Origin: Candidatus Woesebacteria bacterium RIFCSPLOWO2_01_FULL_39_61
GTDB lineage: Bacteria > Patescibacteriota > Microgenomatia > UBA8517
DNA length: 64,000 nt
Assembly: GCA_001793155.1 (NCBI GenBank)
Contig: MGHI01000039.1
Span: 1,119-65,118 of the forward strand
Direction of reading: 5' to 3'
Numbering within the stretch: the first letter of the stretch is position 1; every line of letters starts with the position of its first letter. Under the pieces are notes generated by a model that saw only the letters and a list, made by a program, of their open reading frames with translations, was not told where the DNA came from and did not search any database. Of the stretch, positions 48,035 through 58,140 are shown in pieces. A program made the translations under genes and the position numbers.

Positions 48035-49132
48035 ATGCGTATTAATAAAATTAGACTTTCAAATTTCAGAAACTTTAAGGCCCAAATTCTGGAGTTTTCG
48101 GAAAAAATCATTGTTATTGTTGGTCCAAATGCATCAGGTAAAACAAATATTATAGAGGCGATATTTCTTCTTTCTACCGGTAAGTCATTCCACGCTCGAG
48201 TCGAGGAAGAGATGGTTCACTACGAAGAGGAAATTGGACGAGTAAAAGGTTCGGTGGTAGAAGCTGACAAAGAAAGAGTCGGTACAAATCTGGAGGTAAT
48301 CTTGACCCGCGGTGAAATTACAGTTGGTGTATCTCCCAAAAAAACCGAAAGGATTGCAAGGAAAAAATTGGTCGTTAATGGAGTTGCCCGGCGTCTGGTT
48401 GATTTTGCCGGGAGGTTCAAGGTGGTACTTTTTGGGCCTTGGGACATGAGTATCGTAACCGGACCCCCAACGCTTAGAAGGAATTTTTTGGACACAGTGC
48501 TATCGCAGGTTGACAGAGAGTATAGAAGGGCCTCCCTTTCCTATGAGAAAGGCCTAAGACAAAGAAACAGACTACTTTTCAGGATCAGAGAAGAAGGATT
48601 ATCGAGAAGCCAGCTTCTTTTTTGGGACCAACTTCTTATCAAAAACGGCAATTATCTAACCCAAAGGCGTGAAGATTTTATTGGTTTTGCAAATAAACGA
48701 CCATCTTTAAATAACCAAGTTTTTAATATTGAATACGACAAAAGTATCATCAGTCAGACCAGGCTGGAGCAGTATAAAGACGAGGAAGTTGCTGCCGCAA
48801 CTACACTGGTCGGACCCCACAGAGATGACTTCATCTTCAAAATCCAAAATCCAAATTCCAAATTCCAAAAAGAAAGAGAACTGAGCAGGTACGGGAGTAG
48901 GGGGGAACAGAGGATGGGTATCTTGTGGCTCAAAATAGCCGAGCTTTCTTTTATCGAGAGCGAATCCGAAGATAAACCGACTCTTTTATTGGACGATATT
49001 TTCTCTGAACTTGATCACGAACACAGAAAGATTGTTTTGGACGTTTCCAAAAACCAACAGACGATCATTACAACGGCTGATCCTCATTATATTGAAGAAT
49101 TTGAGAAAATTGAAATAATTAAGCTAAAGTGA
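48035..49132 (+). CDS. recF: DNA replication and repair protein RecF
   Basis: NFRN, GPNASGKTN, GPHRDD, SRGEQR and LLLDDIFSELD motifs. Confidence 0.95.
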   Translation: MRINKIRLSNFRNFKAQILEFSEKIIVIVGPNASGKTNIIEAIFLLSTGKSFHARVEEEMVHYEEEIGRVKGSVVEADKERVGTNLEVILTRGEITVGVSPKKTERIARKKLVVNGVARRLVDFAGRFKVVLFGPWDMSIVTGPPTLRRNFLDTVLSQVDREYRRASLSYEKGLRQRNRLLFRIREEGLSRSQLLFWDQLLIKNGNYLTQRREDFIGFANKRPSLNNQVFNIEYDKSIISQTRLEQYKDEEVAAATTLVGPHRDDFIFKIQNPNSKFQKERELSRYGSRGEQRMGILWLKIAELSFIESESEDKPTLLLDDIFSELDHEHRKIVLDVSKNQQTIITTADPHYIEEFEKIEIIKLK

Positions 49133-49146
49133 AATTATATGGAGCT

Positions 49147-49482
49147 TTATTCTTTGTCGTCTTTTTCTGCAAATTTGCTTAGGTTATAAGTGACCATCAC
49201 AGCCAGTGCAGTTACCAATATCGCATAAACCAGAAGAGAAACGAGTCCTGATCCCTCCCCGAAGTATGGCTTAACATAAATATTGACCACCTCCTTGATC
49301 AATTCGTTCCAGGCTAACGCCGCAACCAATCCAAAACCGCTTGTAACCAACTTTAAAGTTCTTTCCGCAAATTGCTTTTTGAATTTACTGGCCTCGTTTT
49401 TCAATTTTGACTGAAGAGCTTTGGTTTCCTCTTTTTGCTCTTTCAACTCTTTCTGGAGCTTAAGTTCTTTAAGGGTAGCCAT
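49147..49482 (-). CDS. DUF5654-like membrane protein
   Basis: TSGFGLVAALAWNE motif. Confidence 0.75.
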   Translation of the reverse strand: MATLKELKLQKELKEQKEETKALQSKLKNEASKFKKQFAERTLKLVTSGFGLVAALAWNELIKEVVNIYVKPYFGEGSGLVSLLVYAILVTALAVMVTYNLSKFAEKDDKE

Positions 49483-49506
49483 GGTTAGTGATAGTATATT
49501 GAGAGA

Positions 49507-49581
49507 AGTAATAAGTGACAAGTAACAAGCGACAAGATTTAGATATTGGAGGGACAACTTGTTACCTGTTACATGTTACTT
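49507..49581. repeat. empty inverted heptamer element
   Basis: AGTAATAAGTGACAAGTAACAAG...ACTTGTTACCTGTTACATGTTACTT with a ~20-nt spacer. Confidence 0.85.
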
Positions 49582-50478
49582 AGAATTTTTGATAAGTCTG
49601 ATTTAATTAAACTCTACAAACCCCATCCAGAATCTTCAGGGGAAGATAATGGGCAGGTAACGATCGTCGGAGGATCCAAGCTTTTCCACGGAGCGCCGCT
49701 TTTATCTTTGACGACTGCTTCCAGAATTGTGGACATGGTCTTTTTTGCAACACCCGAGAAAAGCGTTGGGATGATCGCAGAAAAGTTAAAATCCAAATTA
49801 CTTTCGTTCATCTGGACACCTTGGGAGGATGTTGAATCCTATATCGAAAAGTCTGACGCCGTACTTATCGGACCCGGATTTATGCGTTTTGGAAGTGAGA
49901 GTACTTCCGAGGACGATCGTGATTTTTCAAACCACAATGAAGGGAAACAATCCAGGGGAATAACGGAAAGACTTTTAAAGAAGTTTCCCGACAAGCGCTG
50001 GGTAATTGATGCGGGGAGCTTGCAGACTATGGACGAAAGTTGGATTCCCAACGATTCTGTTCTCACCCCCAACGTTAAAGAGTTCGAATTGCTTTTCAAA
50101 ATGAAAAATCAAATATCAAATATTAAAGATTCAAATCAAAAATCAAAAATTGTTTTGGAAAAGGCCAAAGAACACAATTGTATTCTTGTTTTAAAGGGTC
50201 CTGAAACCGTCGTTTGTTCACCGGAAGAATGCGTTGTAGTTAGGGGAGGCAATCCGGGGATGTCAAAAGGAGGTACGGGTGATGTTTTGGCCGGATTAAC
50301 CGTTGCACTTTTAGCCAAAAACGAACCCTTTTTAGCGGCGTCCTGTGCAAGTTATATTGAAAAGGCTGCAGCTGATGAACTTTATAAAAAAGTCGGAACC
50401 AACTATAACGCCGATGATTTAACCAATAAAATTCCAGAAACCTTTTATAATTTACTAAATAATAAAGACCTACCCTGA
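49573..50478 (+). CDS. nnrD: ADP-dependent NAD(P)H-hydrate dehydratase (YjeF C-terminal domain)
   Basis: GGSKLFHGAP, IGPG, TPNVKEF, LKG and GGTGDVLAG motifs. Confidence 0.88.
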   Translation: MLLRIFDKSDLIKLYKPHPESSGEDNGQVTIVGGSKLFHGAPLLSLTTASRIVDMVFFATPEKSVGMIAEKLKSKLLSFIWTPWEDVESYIEKSDAVLIGPGFMRFGSESTSEDDRDFSNHNEGKQSRGITERLLKKFPDKRWVIDAGSLQTMDESWIPNDSVLTPNVKEFELLFKMKNQISNIKDSNQKSKIVLEKAKEHNCILVLKGPETVVCSPEECVVVRGGNPGMSKGGTGDVLAGLTVALLAKNEPFLAASCASYIEKAAADELYKKVGTNYNADDLTNKIPETFYNLLNNKDLP

Positions 50479-50492
50479 GCGAAGCCGAAGGG
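50473..50492. repeat. REP-like palindrome
   Basis: CCCTGAGCGAAGCCGAAGGG; a related copy lies inside pth. Confidence 0.6.
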
Positions 50493-50521
50493 TTGTTTTT
50501 TCCGCAGAATCTCCGTAAGAT

Positions 50522-50958
50522 AGTAACAAGTGACAGGTAACAAGTAAAAAGTTATGGAAAAAGCTGGAATAAAACCTGTTGGATACGAGAAACTATTGGC
50601 CTGGCAGGTAGCAGATGAATTCGCGCGGGAAGTTTATTTGTTAACAGATTCTTTTCCTAAACATGAAGTGTATGGTTTGATATCACAATTAAGGCGTGCA
50701 GCACTATCAGTCCCGCTAAATATAGTTGAAGGTCATTCTAGATACAATAAAAACGAATTTCGTAATTTTTTGAGGATTGCTTTAGGATCTCTTGCAGAGA
50801 GTGATTATCTTCTTAAATTTGCTCTTAAAAGAAAGTATATTTCAGATAGTGATTACAAAAAAGTATCCATCTTGCGCGAGAAATGCGGCAAGTTACTTTG
50901 GAGCTTGATGAAATCGCAAAAATAATATTTAAAACCTGTTACATGCTACTTGTTACTT
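50522..50958. repeat. inverted heptamer arrays flanking four-helix-bundle gene 2
   Basis: AGTAACAAGTGACAGGTAACAAG (50522-50544) versus ACCTGTTACATGCTACTTGTTACTT (50934-50958). Confidence 0.88.
50554..50925 (+). CDS. four helix bundle protein (23S rRNA IVP/Avd-like)
   Basis: LLAWQ, FPKHEVYGLISQLRRAALSVPLNIVEG and GSLAE motifs. Confidence 0.93.
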   Translation: MEKAGIKPVGYEKLLAWQVADEFAREVYLLTDSFPKHEVYGLISQLRRAALSVPLNIVEGHSRYNKNEFRNFLRIALGSLAESDYLLKFALKRKYISDSDYKKVSILREKCGKLLWSLMKSQK

Positions 50959-50967
50959 AAAACTGAG

Positions 50968-52029
50968 ATGTATTTTCCGAAGTTTACTATTACCAATAAA
51001 ACTCTGAAGAGTATAGGCCAAATCGAGGCAGCCAAAGAAGTAATAGAAAACGCACCCCTTGTTCCTTACTACGAAAAACAATTTCAGTCCGAGGCAATAG
51101 CTCGGATGGTTCACCACGGAACCCACATTGAAGGGAATGAACTCTCATTGGAACAAACCAGAAAAATTTTGGAAGGTGAAAACGTTGTAGCTTATGAAAG
51201 AGACATTCAAGAGGTAATAAATTATCGTAATGTCATGAACCTTTTGGAAGAACTCGTTCACAAAAGGGGAGGATACGATCTTCAAGGTTTAATCGACATC
51301 CATAAAGAAACTGTTAACAAAATTGTTCCTGATGAAAAAGTGGGGGTTTTAAGAAACACACAAGTTGTCATCAAGGAAGAAGGAAGCGGAGAGGTGATTT
51401 TACAGCCACCACCTTATATTGAAGTTCCGTATCTTATCGATGACTTTCTGGAATGGTTAAACGCAACAATCGCGAAAGAAATTCATCCGATAATCCGAGC
51501 TGGTATTGCACACTACATTTTGGTTGCCATTCATCCCTTTGTCGAAGGGAACGGGCGCACGATCAGAGCTTTCTCGAATTTGATTTTAATGCGCGAGGGC
51601 TATGACATAAAGCGTTTTTTTGCCTTGGAGGAGCACTTTGACGGAGATTTGAGCACTTACTATGAAGCTCTAGCCTTGGTCGATAGACAATCAAAAAATA
51701 TCGCTGCGAGGGATTTAACCAGCTGGCTTGAGTATTTTACCGGAGTCGTTGCTATAGAGCTATCCAAAATTAAAGAGAAGGTCAGGAAAATTTCCATAGA
51801 CACAAAGTTAAAAAGTAAAATTGGCGAACAGATTGCACTAACCGAAAGACAAATGAAACTGGTCGAATATCTTTCCGAAAATAATTCGGCCGGAATGCAG
51901 GAGTTGAGAAGGACGCTTCCAATGGTTTCCGAAGATACAATTTTAAGAGATGTTACAGATCTTATGGAAAAGAAAATCATCAAAAAGCAAGGAAAAACTA
52001 AAGCGTCGAGGTATATAATAAATAAATAA
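50968..52029 (+). CDS. Fic family protein with C-terminal HTH
   Basis: HPFVEGNGRTIR; inhibitory-type THIEGN motif. Confidence 0.92.
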   Translation: MYFPKFTITNKTLKSIGQIEAAKEVIENAPLVPYYEKQFQSEAIARMVHHGTHIEGNELSLEQTRKILEGENVVAYERDIQEVINYRNVMNLLEELVHKRGGYDLQGLIDIHKETVNKIVPDEKVGVLRNTQVVIKEEGSGEVILQPPPYIEVPYLIDDFLEWLNATIAKEIHPIIRAGIAHYILVAIHPFVEGNGRTIRAFSNLILMREGYDIKRFFALEEHFDGDLSTYYEALALVDRQSKNIAARDLTSWLEYFTGVVAIELSKIKEKVRKISIDTKLKSKIGEQIALTERQMKLVEYLSENNSAGMQELRRTLPMVSEDTILRDVTDLMEKKIIKKQGKTKASRYIINK

Positions 52030-52136
52030 ATTTAAAAAAATTAAGTACCAAAAATAAAAATGTAATTTAAAATGTAAATTTTGGATTTTTATTTTTCATT
52101 TTGCGCTTTGCATTTTTGATTTTTGAATTAATCACT

Positions 52137-52340
52137 ATGTCGCCTAACGACCCACAGTTTTTATATATGATTTTGATACTACCTTCTCTTTTTGGTTTGA
52201 CACTGGTTGGTGACGGTCTCAATAAGTTAATCCACGAAGAATCGGGTGGTCTTATAAGCATCGTCTTCGGTCTTATTTTTATCGCGGTTGTTATCTTTTC
52301 TTACCTTTTTTTCTCCACATACTTAACCCACCAGGTTTAA
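52137..52340 (+). CDS. small membrane protein
   Basis: Two TM helices. Confidence 0.65.
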   Translation: MSPNDPQFLYMILILPSLFGLTLVGDGLNKLIHEESGGLISIVFGLIFIAVVIFSYLFFSTYLTHQV

Positions 52341-52382
52341 AAAACTTCGGGATACAAGGTATAAAAGGTATAATAGGTTGTC

Positions 52383-54095
52383 ATGAAATTTGAAAAACTA
52401 TCAGTTTATTTGGACAAACTGGAAAAAACTTCCTCGAGAATTGAGATTACAAAAATTTTGGCTGATCTTTTTAAGGAAGCAAGGTATGAAGAGATCGATA
52501 AAATAGTCTATCTGCTTCTGGGAAGTCTGGCTCCAAGTTACGAAGGCGTTGTCTTTAATTTGGCCGAAAGAATGATGATGAGAATATTAGCCAAGGCCTT
52601 TGGAAAAGAAGTCGATTATGTTACCAGGCTTTATAAACAAAAAGGCGATTTGGGAGAAGTTGCACAAGAATTAGCAACAACAAAGGGGACAAATATATCC
52701 GTGAGCGAGATTTATGAAAAACTTTTAGCTATCGCCCAGGAGCATGGTGATGCGAGTCAGGAAAGAAAAATAAACGAAACAGCGAATGTTTTATCAATGC
52801 TTGATCCACTATCTGCACGGTTTGTAGCGAGAATTCCGGTAGGGCGGCTTCGTCTCGGATTTTCCGATAAAACAATACTTGATGCTTTATCCTGGATGGA
52901 AACCGGGGGAAAAAGCAAAAAGGCTGATTTGGAAAGCGCTTACAATATCCGTCCCGACGTTGGGCTATTAGCAAGGATGGTTAAAGAGAGGGGAATTGAA
53001 AAAGCTGCAAAGGAGATAGATCCCCACATTGGAGTTCCAATTATGCCAATGCTTGCTCAAAGGCTCAAAAGTCCGTCCGAAATGATTGAGAAGATGAAAC
53101 GGGTATATGTTGAGCCAAAATTTGACGGGCTTAGAATTCAAATTCACTATAAAAAAAGCGGATTTGATAACGGAAAGCGAGTAAAAGCCTTTACCAGAAA
53201 CCTAAATGAAACCTCATGGATGTTTCCCGAGTTGAATGAAATTGAAAAACAAATTGCCGCAGATGATGTAATTTTGGATTCCGAGGCGATCGGAGTTGAT
53301 GAGGAGAGGAAGACCCTGGCTAATTTTCAGACGACCATGACCCGAAGGCGAAAACACGATATTGAACAAATTGCCGCCAAAATGAAAATTAGATTTTATG
53401 TTTTTGATCTGATGCTGAAAAATCAGAAGAGTTTAATCAATGAGACTTATATCAAAAGGCGCGAAGAATTAGATAAAACGATAAAGAAAGGTAATGTATT
53501 GCAGGTTGTTAATTATGAAGTAACCGAAAGATCTGAAAGAATAAACGAGTTGATGCGCAAAGAACTAAAGGAAGGAATGGAGGGAATTATTGTTAAGCGT
53601 GCAGACAGCAGTTACATTGCTGGCAGGACAGGCTGGCGCTGGGTAAAAATGAAAGAGGAAGAAACCTCGTATGCCAAGCTTGCAGATACCATTGACTGTG
53701 TTGTAATGGGATATTCCGCGGGTCGGGGTAAAAGGGTTGGTTTTGGTCTGGGACAATTTCTAGTGGGAGTAAGAGACGGCGATGAAGTTAAAACGGTTAC
53801 TAAAGTAGGAACAGGGTTAACAGATGAGCAATTTAGAGAGCTTAAGAGGCGTTTAAAGGGATTGGAAGTCAAAGAAAAACCCAAAAATTATCTAGTAAAT
53901 AAACTTTTGGAACCGGACTATTGGGTTACGCCCGAGATCGTAGTCGAAATCGCAGCCGACGAAATTACCAAAAGCCCGACCCACACAGCCGGCCTAGCCC
54001 TAAGGTTTCCAAGATTAATTAAATTTAGAGACGATAAGAGTTATGAAGAAGCAACTACTGTTGGGGAATTAAAGAATCTTTTTAAATTACAATGA
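52383..54095 (+). CDS. lig: ATP-dependent DNA ligase
   Basis: EPKFDG, EGIIVK, WVKMK and LRFPR motifs; N-terminal DNA-binding domain. Confidence 0.95.
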   Translation: MKFEKLSVYLDKLEKTSSRIEITKILADLFKEARYEEIDKIVYLLLGSLAPSYEGVVFNLAERMMMRILAKAFGKEVDYVTRLYKQKGDLGEVAQELATTKGTNISVSEIYEKLLAIAQEHGDASQERKINETANVLSMLDPLSARFVARIPVGRLRLGFSDKTILDALSWMETGGKSKKADLESAYNIRPDVGLLARMVKERGIEKAAKEIDPHIGVPIMPMLAQRLKSPSEMIEKMKRVYVEPKFDGLRIQIHYKKSGFDNGKRVKAFTRNLNETSWMFPELNEIEKQIAADDVILDSEAIGVDEERKTLANFQTTMTRRRKHDIEQIAAKMKIRFYVFDLMLKNQKSLINETYIKRREELDKTIKKGNVLQVVNYEVTERSERINELMRKELKEGMEGIIVKRADSSYIAGRTGWRWVKMKEEETSYAKLADTIDCVVMGYSAGRGKRVGFGLGQFLVGVRDGDEVKTVTKVGTGLTDEQFRELKRRLKGLEVKEKPKNYLVNKLLEPDYWVTPEIVVEIAADEITKSPTHTAGLALRFPRLIKFRDDKSYEEATTVGELKNLFKLQ

Positions 54096-54517
54096 CATCG
54101 AAAATGCGAAAAGTACCAAAAATAGTTACACTCTTTATTTTGAATTCCGAAAATAAACTCCTCATAGTTAAAAGAAGTAAAAATAAATGGATTCTTGCGG
54201 ATAAGTGGGGATATCCGGGTGGAGTAATGGAAAAAGGTGAAACCACAGAGACCGCAGTTCATAGGGAAGTAGTACCTAAAGTAGGTTTCGATGTGACAAT
54301 AGCGAATATTGGAAAGAAACAAAGGATGATTTTGAGTAACAAAGAAGTTGATGTAATACCAGTTTTATGTAGGTCAGACTCATCAGAAGTTAAATTGAAT
54401 TATAAAAATAGTAAATACAAATGGATAGATCCGAAAGAACTATTGACCTACAACTTGGGTGTCAAAAAAGATTTTGTTATAAAAATGACAAAATCTGTAG
54501 GATTGATAATTCAGTGA
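54092..54517 (+). CDS. NUDIX-fold protein (degenerate Nudix box)
   Basis: WGYPGGVMEKGET..AVHREVVPKVG. Confidence 0.75.
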   Translation: MTSKMRKVPKIVTLFILNSENKLLIVKRSKNKWILADKWGYPGGVMEKGETTETAVHREVVPKVGFDVTIANIGKKQRMILSNKEVDVIPVLCRSDSSEVKLNYKNSKYKWIDPKELLTYNLGVKKDFVIKMTKSVGLIIQ

Positions 54518-54659
54518 GTAAAATTGAAAACTTTTCAAGCACCAAAAATCTTAAAAATATCCAAGGTGTGAAGCAATATCACCTTAAAGTTGCATTGTTA
54601 AATTGTTACATGGCTATATTGTTTTGGGTTTAAAAACGAAACTCGTGTTAATATGAAAT

Positions 54660-57140
54660 ATGCCCGAGAATTATTCAGGCTTGCCTTCAAAAGAGGCTGA
54701 AAAGCGACAAAAGGAATATGGTAAAAATGTATTACCGGAAAAACCACCACCACCTTCTTTAAGCATATTTTTTTCCCAGTTTAGAAATCCGCTTGTCTAC
54801 GTTTTATTGGTTGCCGGGATTGTGACGTTTTTCCTGGGAGATTACTCAGATACGCTAATTATTTTTTTTGTTGTTTTGGTAAATTCGATTTTAGGCTATT
54901 TTCAAGAACAAAAAGCCAGTAAAGCTCTAGCCTCTTTAAAGGCCCTAGTTCATCCAACGGCTGATGTTATAAGAGACGGTAAGGAAGTAAGAATTGATGT
55001 AACCGAGGTGGTACCTGGTGATATTGTCGAATTAGAACTAGGCGATAAAATACCCGCTGATGGCAAGCTGGTAAGTGCAAATAGGTTATTTATCGAGGAA
55101 GCAATATTAACGGGCGAATCAATGCCTGTTGAAAAGACAGAAGGGAAGGAAGTTTTTATGGGAACGATAGTAGCATCCGGTGAAGGTTTGATGGAGGTTA
55201 GTGCAATCGCTGCCAGTACTGAGATGGGTAAAATTGCTGTTTCTGTTCAAAAACCCCACGAAGATACACCACTAACCATTCAGCTTAAAATTTTTAGCAG
55301 TCAACTTACGTTATTGGTGATAATTCTTACTGTATTTGTTTTTTCTATCGGATTTATTACAAGTAAGGATTTGGTCGAGATGTTTAAGACTTCGGTTGCA
55401 TTGGCAGTGTCATCAATTCCCGAAGGGCTTTTAATTGCTTTAACTGTTGTTTTGGCTGTTGGGATGCAAAGAATATTGAAAAAGAAAGGACTGGTGAGAA
55501 ATTTGGTATCAGCGGAAACCTTGGGAGGTGTAACCACAATTTGTGTCGACAAAACAGGAACGTTAACTTACGGGAAACTAGAGGTGGTCGAAGAGTACGG
55601 CGACAATGAAAATATCTGTCTTCAGCATTTTGCATCTCAAGAGGATCCAATAATGGTTGCAGCCAAAGAATGGCTGGAAAAACATTCAGAACACTTTAAT
55701 GAAATCGGAAGGACATTTAACAGAGAATGCAGGTTAATCGATTCGATTCCTTTTACCCCACAAAATAGGTTTTACGCCACACTTATCGAGCACGAGGATA
55801 ATAACAAAGAGATTTATGTTAATGGCGCACCCGAGCATTTATTAGAGTGGTCGACGTTAGCTGGCGATAGGCAAAAAGAAATAAGAGATAAGATAAAATC
55901 TCTCACAAAAGAGGGGCGGAGGGTAATAGGCATGGCCAAAAAAGACGTACCCGAAAGCACAGAGAAGGTCACAGAAGAAATGGTAAAAGAAAATATCGAA
56001 TGGGTTGGTCTTTTGGTTTTTACCGATCCTGTAAGAAAGGGAGTGGGGGATGCGTTTAAGCAAACAAAAGATGCTGGCATAAAGACAATTCTCATAACTG
56101 GAGATTATGCCGAGACGGCCCTTGCGGTAATGAGCGAGCTTAAGATTGAGGTGGGAAGCGGTAGAGTTATCAAGGGTGACGAGTTGGAGAAAATGTCCGA
56201 GGAAGAGGTCTCCGTCAAATTAAGGGATATGTACAAAGAAGACAAAGGAGCAGTTTTGTTTGCAAGAACTCGCCCTGAACAAAAGTTAAAGGTAATTAAT
56301 GCCTTAAAGAAAAACGGCGAGGTAGTAGCAATGATGGGCGACGGTGTTAATGACGCTCCCGCATTACACCGCGCCGATATCGGAATTGTCGTTGGGGACG
56401 CAACCGACGTTGCCAAAGAATCGGCGGATCTTGTTCTTCTTGATTCCAGTTTCGAGACGATTGTCGAAACTATAAAAGAAGGAAGAGGTATTTTTGATAA
56501 CATCAGAAAGATTATTCTTTATCTTTTGTGCGACTCTTTCGGGGAAATTATTGCTGTTGTTGGTACGCTAATTATGGGATTACCTCTTCCCGTAACCGCC
56601 GTGCAAATACTTTGGATTAATATTGTTTCTGACGGATTTCCCCATCTTTCTCTAACGGTTGACCCGAAAGCCAAGGGAATAATGCAGAGACCTCCAAGAA
56701 ACCCTTCCGTAAATATAGTTGCTAATTGGATGAAGATACTGATCTTCATGGTATCTGTTGCCGCGGGTGTTATAGCACTTTTTCTTTTTAACACGAATTT
56801 AAATGCAACTGGTAATGAAGTGCTGTCAAGAAGTATCGCGTTTGCTGCCCTTGGAGTAAATTCCTTAGTTTACGTTTTTTCAGTAAGAACGCTGACTGAA
56901 CCTTTTTGGAGCGAAAACCCTTTTGATAATAAATGGTTGAACCTTGCAGTTATCGTCGGCCTCTTTTTCCAAGTTTTGCCATTTTCAACCCCTTTGCTAC
57001 GGAACTTTTTTGAACTTGAAGTTTTAAGCTTCAGCCAATGGGTGGTGGTTTTCGGCGCGTCACTATTTATGTTTATAATAATAGAGATTTCAAAAGTTAT
57101 ATTTAGAAGTTATTTGAAAACGCACTCAGAAGCAACATGA
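54660..57140 (+). CDS. P-type cation (Ca2+-type) ATPase
   Basis: TGES, PEGL, DKTGT, TGD and GDGVND motifs. Confidence 0.95.
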   Translation: MPENYSGLPSKEAEKRQKEYGKNVLPEKPPPPSLSIFFSQFRNPLVYVLLVAGIVTFFLGDYSDTLIIFFVVLVNSILGYFQEQKASKALASLKALVHPTADVIRDGKEVRIDVTEVVPGDIVELELGDKIPADGKLVSANRLFIEEAILTGESMPVEKTEGKEVFMGTIVASGEGLMEVSAIAASTEMGKIAVSVQKPHEDTPLTIQLKIFSSQLTLLVIILTVFVFSIGFITSKDLVEMFKTSVALAVSSIPEGLLIALTVVLAVGMQRILKKKGLVRNLVSAETLGGVTTICVDKTGTLTYGKLEVVEEYGDNENICLQHFASQEDPIMVAAKEWLEKHSEHFNEIGRTFNRECRLIDSIPFTPQNRFYATLIEHEDNNKEIYVNGAPEHLLEWSTLAGDRQKEIRDKIKSLTKEGRRVIGMAKKDVPESTEKVTEEMVKENIEWVGLLVFTDPVRKGVGDAFKQTKDAGIKTILITGDYAETALAVMSELKIEVGSGRVIKGDELEKMSEEEVSVKLRDMYKEDKGAVLFARTRPEQKLKVINALKKNGEVVAMMGDGVNDAPALHRADIGIVVGDATDVAKESADLVLLDSSFETIVETIKEGRGIFDNIRKIILYLLCDSFGEIIAVVGTLIMGLPLPVTAVQILWINIVSDGFPHLSLTVDPKAKGIMQRPPRNPSVNIVANWMKILIFMVSVAAGVIALFLFNTNLNATGNEVLSRSIAFAALGVNSLVYVFSVRTLTEPFWSENPFDNKWLNLAVIVGLFFQVLPFSTPLLRNFFELEVLSFSQWVVVFGASLFMFIIIEISKVIFRSYLKTHSEAT

Positions 57141-58108
57141 TAGCTGGACTAATCTTACTAATTGTAATATTATCTTTGATTCTAATTAAATCCGCAGAAA
57201 TGGTTATTGTTGCTGTAAGGAGAATTGCTCGTAGCATCACTGTGGGTGTATTTGGCGTTTCGGCGGTAATACTGGCTCTCGGGACTTCACTACCAGAACT
57301 TTTTGTAGGCATAACTTCAGCACTTGAAGGTTCGCCAAATTTAGCGTTTGGTGTAATACTGGGATCAAATATCGCAAATACTGCCCTTGTTGGCGGTTTT
57401 GCTGCACTTTTTGTTGGGAAAGTCTTGGTTCACGGGGAATATCTTAAAAGAGACGTTGCGATCGCACTCCTCGCCGGAATCTCACCTATGTTTTTAGCTC
57501 TTGATAAGAGTATAAGTCGCGTTGATGGTTTGATTTTATTAATGGTTTATTTTGCTTATACGACTGGGTTTTTTAAGAGAAGGTATGAAGAAATCGGAAA
57601 AGAACAAGCTGAAGAAAGTTTCATTTACAGAGTTTTTAAACGCTTCAACCATGTTAATTCGGAAAGAAACAAAGAATTCGGTAGATTATTCTTGGGATTG
57701 GCGCTTTTAATTTTTTCGGCTGATATGATAGTAAAATTTTCAGTTAATTTAGCTGAACTTGCAAATATTCCCCTGTTCTTGGTGGGGTTATTCATTTTAG
57801 CTATCGGAACATCTCTGCCTGAACTGGCTTTTTCTATCAGATCTTTGGAAGATCATGAGCCATCAATGTTTTTCGGCAATATCTTGGGGTCGATAATTGC
57901 AAATTCCACTTTGATTGTTGGAGTAACAACTTTGATATCACCAGTAAATTTGATTGCCTTTGATGAGTACTTGGTAGCATCGATTTTTTTTCTAATAATA
58001 TTTTCTCTGTTTTGGTTTTTTATTCGCTCAAAACACAAGCTCGAGCGTTGGGAGGCGGGGCTTTTGATAATTCTTTATATTATCTTCGCGATAGTTGAGT
58101 TTGTTTGA
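57137..58108 (+). CDS. Ca2+/Na+ antiporter
   Basis: Duplicated GTSLPEL and GSNI alpha repeats. Confidence 0.92.
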   Translation: MIAGLILLIVILSLILIKSAEMVIVAVRRIARSITVGVFGVSAVILALGTSLPELFVGITSALEGSPNLAFGVILGSNIANTALVGGFAALFVGKVLVHGEYLKRDVAIALLAGISPMFLALDKSISRVDGLILLMVYFAYTTGFFKRRYEEIGKEQAEESFIYRVFKRFNHVNSERNKEFGRLFLGLALLIFSADMIVKFSVNLAELANIPLFLVGLFILAIGTSLPELAFSIRSLEDHEPSMFFGNILGSIIANSTLIVGVTTLISPVNLIAFDEYLVASIFFLIIFSLFWFFIRSKHKLERWEAGLLIILYIIFAIVEFV

Positions 58109-58140
58109 CTTCTTAAAACTAAAAAGTGATATTATACCCA

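Noticed and set aside
38062-50925. diversity-generating retroelement suggested by Avd-like genes
   Set aside because: No reverse transcriptase and no TR/VR pair with adenine-specific mismatches seen in the window
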